A DNA stretch of 63,875 nt, the filler included. It is 5 parts of 5 records of this genome, joined end to end, with 100 filler letters (N's around TTAATTAATTAA, not from the genome) between each part and the next. Parts side by side here need not be neighbours in the genome. Positions count along the whole stretch, not along the records: positions 55,824 to 63,875 come from SRR20825006_1159; 4 more parts are not named here. One strand, 5' to 3'. Positions 57,868-63,875 of the stretch are shown here, one piece after another. Position 1 is the stretch's first letter. Each line of letters starts with the position of its first letter. The notes beneath the pieces are model-generated. The model did no database searches. It worked only from the letters and a program-made list of their open reading frames with translations, and was not told the origin of the DNA. The translations under genes were made by a program, and so were the position numbers.

Positions 57868-58113
57868 ATGATTCGCTGCGAGCTGCACGATTACATAGAA
57901 ATTGCCTGCACCTTTCGCTACCCCGTGCGCTTAACCATGCGAACCGGAGAGGTACTAGACGGTGTGGCGGTAGACACCAGGCGCGACGCACAGGGCGAGG
58001 AGTGTATCGCCATCCGCGTGGATGGCGCTGAATGCTTGGTGGTACTGGATAAACTGGCGAGCATGAAAGCGGGCGTACAAAACCCGCATTTCGACACAGT
58101 TTCCTTTGACTAA
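57868..58113 (+). CDS. rof: Rho-binding antiterminator Rof/YaeO
   Basis: MIRCELHDYIEIAC...G.AVDT...LDKL...NPHF. Confidence 0.88.
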   Translation: MIRCELHDYIEIACTFRYPVRLTMRTGEVLDGVAVDTRRDAQGEECIAIRVDGAECLVVLDKLASMKAGVQNPHFDTVSFD

Positions 58114-58173
58114 GCGGCCCTCATTGCACTCAGCAAGACCGTGAAACAAAGGCCTGGGGGCCTTGGCAATGTC

Positions 58174-58950
58174 TTACAGCCGAACCTCAACACCTTTGTC
58201 GGCCATATACGCCTTGGCTTCGGGCACTGTGTGCTCGCCAAAGTGGAAGATACTGGCCGCCAACACCGCGTCGGCTTTACCGGCGGTTACCCCTTCGACC
58301 AGATGGTCCAGGGTACCGACACCACCCGAGGCAATAACAGGCACAGAAACCGCGTCGGCCACCGCGCTGGTGAGCGCCAGGTCGTAACCGGCCTTGGTGC
58401 CGTCGCCATCCATACTGGTCAGCAAGATTTCGCCAGCGCCCAGCTCAACCATTTTTGCCGCCCACTCCACCGCATTGATGCCGGTAGGCTTGCGGCCACC
58501 GTGGGTAAATATCTCCCAGCGCGGGCTGCCATCGGCCTCATCGTCGACGCGCTTGGCATCGATGGCCACCACAATACACTGCGAGCCAAAGCGCTCGGCG
58601 GCGTCACGCACAAAGTCGGGGTTGTGAATAGCCGCAGAGTTGATCGCCACCTTATCCGCCCCCGCATTCAGCATGGTGCGAATGTCTTTAATCTCGCGAA
58701 TACCGCCGCCCACGGTAAGGGGAATAAACACCTCAGCAGCAATCTGCTCAACCGTGTGCACGGTCGTCTCACGTCCCTCGTGGGTGGCCGTGATGTCGAG
58801 AAAGGTGATTTCGTCGGCGCCCTGTTCGTTGTAGCGCTTGGCGACCTCAACCGGGTCGCCCGCGTCGCGAATACCGACAAAGTTCACGCCTTTTACCACG
58901 CGTCCTTTATCAACGTCCAAACAGGGAATAATGCGTTTTGCCAGAGCCAT
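58174..58950 (-). CDS. hisF: imidazole glycerol phosphate synthase cyclase subunit
   Basis: [38 protein letters not shown]. Confidence 0.97.
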   Translation of the reverse strand: MALAKRIIPCLDVDKGRVVKGVNFVGIRDAGDPVEVAKRYNEQGADEITFLDITATHEGRETTVHTVEQIAAEVFIPLTVGGGIREIKDIRTMLNAGADKVAINSAAIHNPDFVRDAAERFGSQCIVVAIDAKRVDDEADGSPRWEIFTHGGRKPTGINAVEWAAKMVELGAGEILLTSMDGDGTKAGYDLALTSAVADAVSVPVIASGGVGTLDHLVEGVTAGKADAVLAASIFHFGEHTVPEAKAYMADKGVEVRL

Positions 58951-58978
58951 TGCTGTGCTTACCTTGTTGTTAAGGGGC

Positions 58979-59710
58979 TTATTCGCCGTCGCAGTAGCGC
59001 TGCGCTTCTGCCAGATCCAGCTCGCCTTCATAAATCGCGCGACCGGTAATCGCACCGAGAATCCCGGCATCGGCCACGGCCTTCAGCGCGCGAATATCAT
59101 CCATATTCGTCACCCCGCCAGAGGCAATAACTTTCAGGCCAGAAGCCTGGGCCATGGCAACCGTGGCATCGATATTCACGCCCTGCATCATGCCGTCGCG
59201 GGCAATATCGGTATAGACGATGGAGGACACACCGTCTTGCTCGTAGCGCTTGGCCAGCTCTGTTGCCTGAATATCAGACACTTCCGCCCAACCGTCGGTG
59301 GCCACGAGGCCATTTCTCGCATCCAGACCAACAATTACCGCACCGGGGAAGGCTTTGCAGGCCTCGGTAACGAAGGCGGGCTCTTTCACCGCCTTGGTAC
59401 CGATAATCACGTAGTTCACACCGGCATCCAGGTATTGCTCAATGGTATCGAGCGAGCGGATGCCACCGCCAATTTGTATTGGCAGATCCGGGTAGGCCTT
59501 GGCGATCGCCATCACTGCGTCGCCATTTACAGGCTTGCCGTCAAACGCGCCATTCAGGTCAACCAAATGCAGGCGGCGAGCGCCCTGCTCTACCCAGCGG
59601 GCAGCCATTTCTACCGGATCGCTGCCATAAACGGTGGCGTCGCCCATTTCACCTTGGCGAAGGCGCACGCACTGGCCGTCTTTCAAATCAATTGCGGGAA
59701 TCATTAACAT
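58979..59710 (-). CDS. hisA: ProFAR isomerase
   Basis: [35 protein letters not shown]. Confidence 0.97.
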   Translation of the reverse strand: MLMIPAIDLKDGQCVRLRQGEMGDATVYGSDPVEMAARWVEQGARRLHLVDLNGAFDGKPVNGDAVMAIAKAYPDLPIQIGGGIRSLDTIEQYLDAGVNYVIIGTKAVKEPAFVTEACKAFPGAVIVGLDARNGLVATDGWAEVSDIQATELAKRYEQDGVSSIVYTDIARDGMMQGVNIDATVAMAQASGLKVIASGGVTNMDDIRALKAVADAGILGAITGRAIYEGELDLAEAQRYCDGE

Positions 59711-59731
59711 AATTACAAAACCTGATAACGC

Positions 59732-60400
59732 TTAGGATACGGGCCGGAAGGTCGGTTGCCCGCCATCCCAGCGCAGAAAATTACTGAGCAGACGCAGACC
59801 GGTCTCGCCGCTCTTTTCCGGGTGAAACTGCACGGCAAACACATTCTCGCAACTCATTGCGGCATGTATCTCTACCCCGTAGTGAGCCGTGGCGGCAACA
59901 AATTCAGGCGCGTCGATATAGTAGCTGTGCACAAAGTAGAAACGGCTATTATCGGCAATACCTTCCCACAGCGGGTGGTCGATGGTTTGGCTAACCGTGT
60001 TCCAGCCCATGTGCGGCACTTTCAGGCGCTCGCCGTTTGCCTCGCGCAGGTCTTTACCGAAAAACTTTACCTGGCCCGGTAGCACGTCCAGGCACTCGAC
60101 GCCGCCGTTCTCCTCACTGCTTTCCATCAGCGCCTGCATACCCACGCAAATACCCAGCAGGGGTTTAGTGGCCGCCACTTCCTGAACAATTTCATCCAGA
60201 CCGCGGTTTTTCAGCTCGGCCATGCAGTCGCGAATCGCGCCCACACCGGGAAAAATCACCCGGTCGGCAGCAAAGATGGTATCCGGGCAATCGGTAACCT
60301 GTACCTCAACGTCGTCGCCACCGACCTTGTGCAGTGCACTGGCCACCGAGTGCAAATTACCCATGCCGTAGTCGATAACGGCAACGGTTGATTTAGTCAT
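59732..60400 (-). CDS. hisH: imidazole glycerol phosphate synthase glutaminase subunit
   Basis: DYGMGNL, PGVG, GICVGMQ, PHMGWN, QFHPEKS. Confidence 0.97.
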   Translation of the reverse strand: MTKSTVAVIDYGMGNLHSVASALHKVGGDDVEVQVTDCPDTIFAADRVIFPGVGAIRDCMAELKNRGLDEIVQEVAATKPLLGICVGMQALMESSEENGGVECLDVLPGQVKFFGKDLREANGERLKVPHMGWNTVSQTIDHPLWEGIADNSRFYFVHSYYIDAPEFVAATAHYGVEIHAAMSCENVFAVQFHPEKSGETGLRLLSNFLRWDGGQPTFRPVS

Positions 60401-60412
60401 ATCGCAGAAATC

Positions 60413-61006
60413 CTAGAGACACCCTTTAGTCGACGGGGTAATGCCCGCCATACGCTCATCCACCGACAAGGCCATACGCAGGGCACGACCGAAGGCTTTA
60501 AACACCGTCTCGGCCTGGTGGTGAGTATTGGTGCCGCGCAAATTATCGATATGCAGGGTGACCTTGGCGTGGTTGATAAAGCCGTGGAAGAACTCTGAGA
60601 ACAGGTCTACGTCGAAACCACCCACGCTGGCACGGGTATAGGGCACGTGGTATTCCAACCCGGGACGCCCAGAGAAGTCGATAACGACACGCGACAGGGC
60701 TTCATCCAGCGGCACATAGGCGTGGCCGTAACGGGTGATGCCTTTTTTATCGCCCACCGCCTCGGCAAACGCCTGGCCCATGGTAATACCGATATCTTCC
60801 ACGGTGTGGTGGTCGTCGATATGTAAATCGCCCTTGGCCTGCACAGCCAGGTCAATCATGCCGTGGCGGGCAATCTGATCCATCATGTGATCGAGAAAGG
60901 GAACTCCGGTCTCAAAGCTGGACTGGCCGGTGCCATCCAGATTTACACTGACCGTGATTTGGGTTTCCAGGGTGTTGCGGCTGATACTCGCCTTGCGCTC
61001 TGTCAT
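60413..61006 (-). CDS. hisB: imidazoleglycerol-phosphate dehydratase
   Basis: [29 protein letters not shown]. Confidence 0.97.
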   Translation of the reverse strand: MTERKASISRNTLETQITVSVNLDGTGQSSFETGVPFLDHMMDQIARHGMIDLAVQAKGDLHIDDHHTVEDIGITMGQAFAEAVGDKKGITRYGHAYVPLDEALSRVVIDFSGRPGLEYHVPYTRASVGGFDVDLFSEFFHGFINHAKVTLHIDNLRGTNTHHQAETVFKAFGRALRMALSVDERMAGITPSTKGCL

Positions 61007-61087
61007 CGACGTCTCTACTGAAGATTGCGTACAATACGCCATTATAAAAAATCCCGACCCGTATTACAGCCAGCAGAGTGCGGATAA

Positions 61088-61489
61088 ATGCCCGTATATT
61101 CAGAATACATTCGCGATCCTGCCCCAGAGGACCGTGTAGACCTAGAACGTCTGTATGCCGACGACGCCGAAAAACTGATCAGCGCCGCGCAAAGTGAGCA
61201 ACTCTTGCTGATTGGTGGACGCTTTAATGACCGCCTGATCGCCGCGATGACCTTAACGCCAATCCACAATGGCGACTACCAGTTGGCCAGGCTCACCGTT
61301 CGCGATATCACCCGTCGACGCGGTGCGGCGCGCCAGCTATTGATTCAGGCGATGAAAGCATTGCCTGAGGACCTGCGCAGTATGTCGGCCGACATCTCCA
61401 GCGCGCCAGAACTCAGCCCGCTGCTGACCGAGCTGGGGTTTCAAAATCAAGGATCGACGTGGCAGTGGCAGCGCCCCAGCGGTGAGTGA
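61088..61489 (+). CDS. panZ: PanZ/PanM-like GNAT protein
   Basis: DLERLY, GRFNDRLI, VRDITRRRG acetyl-CoA-binding motif. Confidence 0.7.
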   Translation: MPVYSEYIRDPAPEDRVDLERLYADDAEKLISAAQSEQLLLIGGRFNDRLIAAMTLTPIHNGDYQLARLTVRDITRRRGAARQLLIQAMKALPEDLRSMSADISSAPELSPLLTELGFQNQGSTWQWQRPSGE

Positions 61490-62552
61490 CAGCGACTTCA
61501 GCCGCCGCCTGCTGAACTGGTTCGACCAGCACGGCCGCAAAGACCTGCCCTGGCAGCAAGACATCAACCCCTACCGGGTGTGGGTGTCTGAAATTATGCT
61601 CCAGCAAACCCAGGTCACCACGGTCATCCCCTACTATCAGCGCTTTATGGCCCGCTTCCCCAGCGCAGAGGCGCTGGCGCAGGCAGATATCGACGATGTT
61701 CTCGCCCTTTGGACGGGGCTGGGCTACTACGCCCGGGCGCGCAACCTGCACAAAGCGGCGCAAACCATTGTGAACGAGCACAACGGCGAGTTCCCGCAAA
61801 CACCGGAGACTATCGCGTCACTGCCAGGTATTGGCCGCTCCACGGCCGCCGCGATATTCAGCATTGCCTGCGGTGGCAGCGCCGCCATTCTCGATGGCAA
61901 CGTCAAACGCGTGCTCAGCCGCCACAGCGCCATCGATGGTTGGCCGGGCAAGCGCGAGATTGAACAACAGCTTTGGCAGCTCGCCGAGGCTTACACCCCA
62001 CAACAACGGGCCGCCGACTACACCCAGGCCATCATGGACCTCGGCGCCACCCTTTGCCGGCGCAGCAAACCCGAGTGTGACCGCTGCCCCGTCAGTGACG
62101 ATTGCAAGGCCAAGGCCATGGGCCGCCAGAGTGATTACCCCGGTAAAAAGCCACGCAAAGCCCTGCCGGTAAAAACCACCCATATGCTGTTGATTGAAAA
62201 CCCTCAAGGGGAGATCCTGCTGGAAAAGCGCCCCAGCAGCGGCATTTGGGGCGGCCTGTGGAGCCTGCCGGAGCTGGACAGCGACGGTGATATCGACGAC
62301 TACCTCGACGCGACGGTTGGCCACAGTGGCGTTGCCGAAGCACTGAGCCCCATGCGCCACACCTTTAGTCACTACCACCTGGACATTCAACCGCAGCACA
62401 TCCGCCTGCAGCGAGAGCCGACGCGGATCATGGAAGGCACTCGCCAGCTTTGGTATAAGGGTGGGCAACAACAGCTCGGCCTCGCGGCGCCCGTCAAAAA
62501 ACTGCTCGACAGCCTGCTGCAAAACGACTTATTTACGGAATCCCAGCCATGA
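61482..62552 (+). CDS. mutY: A/G-specific adenine glycosylase
   Basis: [38 protein letters not shown], CxxxxxxCxxCxxxxxC. Confidence 0.97.
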   Translation: MSDSDFSRRLLNWFDQHGRKDLPWQQDINPYRVWVSEIMLQQTQVTTVIPYYQRFMARFPSAEALAQADIDDVLALWTGLGYYARARNLHKAAQTIVNEHNGEFPQTPETIASLPGIGRSTAAAIFSIACGGSAAILDGNVKRVLSRHSAIDGWPGKREIEQQLWQLAEAYTPQQRAADYTQAIMDLGATLCRRSKPECDRCPVSDDCKAKAMGRQSDYPGKKPRKALPVKTTHMLLIENPQGEILLEKRPSSGIWGGLWSLPELDSDGDIDDYLDATVGHSGVAEALSPMRHTFSHYHLDIQPQHIRLQREPTRIMEGTRQLWYKGGQQQLGLAAPVKKLLDSLLQNDLFTESQP

Positions 62553-62821
62553 CACGCACCGTTTTCTGCAAGAAATACCAACAAGAACTCGAAGGCCTGG
62601 CAAAGCCGCCCTACCCCGGCGCGAAAGGTCAGGAAATTTACGAAACCGTTTCCAAAAAAGCCTGGGAAGAGTGGCAGGCCCACCAAACCATGCTCATCAA
62701 CGAGAAACAGCTGAGCATGATGGACCCCAGCTCGCGAAAATTTCTCCAGGCGGAAATGGAAAAATTCTTTGCCGGCAAAGACTTTGAACAAGCCGAAGGC
62801 TACGTGCCGCCCAGCGCGTAA
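62549..62821 (+). CDS. yggX: Fe(II)-trafficking / oxidative damage protection protein
   Basis: [29 protein letters not shown]; follows mutY. Confidence 0.95.
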   Translation: MTRTVFCKKYQQELEGLAKPPYPGAKGQEIYETVSKKAWEEWQAHQTMLINEKQLSMMDPSSRKFLQAEMEKFFAGKDFEQAEGYVPPSA

Positions 62822-62830
62822 GCGCTACAT

Positions 62831-63781
62831 TCAGCCCGCCGCCCCGCGACGCCCGTCGAGCAGTGCCATCACCGTCGCGGTATAGGCGGGCTCATGACCC
62901 AGTGCGCGACAGCGCGCCACCACTGCGCCGCAAATCGCCGCCACCTCTAGTGGTCGCTGCTTTTCAGCATCCACTAACATCGAGGTTTTAATCGCATTAA
63001 ACTGGCTTATCACCTCGAACATGTCATCGAGGTCAGTCGCGGTCAGCGCGACGTGATCCGCTGCCGCTGCCACGACAACCTCATTCATCATTCCCAAAAC
63101 AATGCGCTTGTAGTCCGGCTGGTGGGTTAGCGTGCGCGTGTCCAAGCCGGTCAGGGCCGACAGCGGGTTGACGCCATTGTTGATAATTAACTTTCGCCAC
63201 AGCGAGTACTGAATGTCCTCGCTTATCTCGGCGGGGATATTCGCAGCATCGAACACCCGCTTCACCTTTTTCAGCAGGACAAGGCGGCGCTCCGTTGCCC
63301 CCTTTGCGCTGGGCCAGCAGCCCATCACCACACGCGCCTCACCCTCAGCCTGAATAACACCCGGCGAAACGATGTGGCCGCCAATTTTTATCGCCAACCC
63401 ACCCAGCGTTCGCTCGTTACCCAGGTGGCGGGCGATGATCGGCTCATTGTCGACGCCATTTTGCAAAGACAGCACCGGCACCTCTGCCGCGCTCAGCCAG
63501 TGGTTCAACGTCGTCATTACCGATGCGGTTGCTCCGGCTTTAACCGCAAGCACCACAACATCAAAATCGTCGGCAGCATAGCCATCAACAAGCCACTGCT
63601 GGTCGACCGCCACCACGGGCGGGTGTAGCTCTCCCCCCTCCCAGCGCACAATCAACCCCGCCTGCTGAATGGCCTGCAGGTGCTCGCCGCGTGCGCTCAC
63701 CGTAACGTCTTCGCCTGCCTCGGCAAGGCGGGCCGCATAGTAGCCACCAATGCCGCCTGCCCCGATAATCAACCAACGCAT
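62831..63781 (-). CDS. panE: ketopantoate reductase family protein
   Basis: GAGGIGG, AVK, LQNG, WRKLIIN, TSMLVD...LE. Confidence 0.8.
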   Translation of the reverse strand: MRWLIIGAGGIGGYYAARLAEAGEDVTVSARGEHLQAIQQAGLIVRWEGGELHPPVVAVDQQWLVDGYAADDFDVVVLAVKAGATASVMTTLNHWLSAAEVPVLSLQNGVDNEPIIARHLGNERTLGGLAIKIGGHIVSPGVIQAEGEARVVMGCWPSAKGATERRLVLLKKVKRVFDAANIPAEISEDIQYSLWRKLIINNGVNPLSALTGLDTRTLTHQPDYKRIVLGMMNEVVVAAAADHVALTATDLDDMFEVISQFNAIKTSMLVDAEKQRPLEVAAICGAVVARCRALGHEPAYTATVMALLDGRRGAAG

Positions 63782-63875
63782 TGCTTCGCCCTCGTCACTT
63801 TAGGCCCAGGCGCAACCGCTCAGGACCGCGCGCCCCGACTCAGAGCGACTGTCAAATATTCGGGAAGGCGCCTGA

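Noticed and set aside
57868-61006. his operon and rof as a novel arrangement
   Set aside because: hisBHAF is the ordinary gammaproteobacterial block, and rof is a known small gene with variable location.

Overview
This window is not one locus. It is five separate contigs joined by artificial 100-bp spacers (44 N + TTAATTAATTAA + 44 N) at 7560-7659, 18278-18377, 35430-35529 and 55724-55823, so no gene context should be read across them. Taxon labels are inferred from gene content and sequence style. Contig 1 (1-7559, myxobacterium/Bradymonadia-like): a ParB-N protein with a degenerate methyltransferase-like tail, a stand-alone IS630-type winged-HTH gene with its own terminator, and the start of a PUFA synthase cluster in myxobacterial order (pfaD then pfaA). 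Contig 2 (7660-18277, similar style): Asn-rich lipoprotein, trmH, rplU-rpmA-obgE with structured intergenic RNA, ccmC-ccmD, an orphan TadA/CpaF ATPase followed by a membrane pseudokinase with four Thr-centred repeats and a lipoprotein, a perfect 23-bp palindrome, and moaA. Contig 3 (18378-35429, alphaproteobacterial): peptide ABC transporter, M14 deacylase, AbrB, gamma-glutamylation genes, orphan flagellin, ald, an unannotated small membrane ORF, an FAD oxidase and a PDH E1-like gene. Contig 4 (35530-55723, alphaproteobacterial): partial tRNA, sensor kinase, sulfotransferase-like/aminotransferase IV pair, rpoH2, BlaI plus an M56 protease with ankyrin repeats and its operators, carD, fdxA, hslR, SUV3-like helicase, amidase, rpmB, cobT/cobS. 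Contig 5 (55824-63875, gammaproteobacterial): ctpA, rof, hisBHAF, panZ-like, mutY, yggX, panE. The best candidates for an undescribed system are the TadA-pseudokinase-lipoprotein unit (12784-17050) and the ankyrin-sensor BlaI/BlaR1-type pair (40901-43524). All calls come from reading motifs by eye; no database searches were run.
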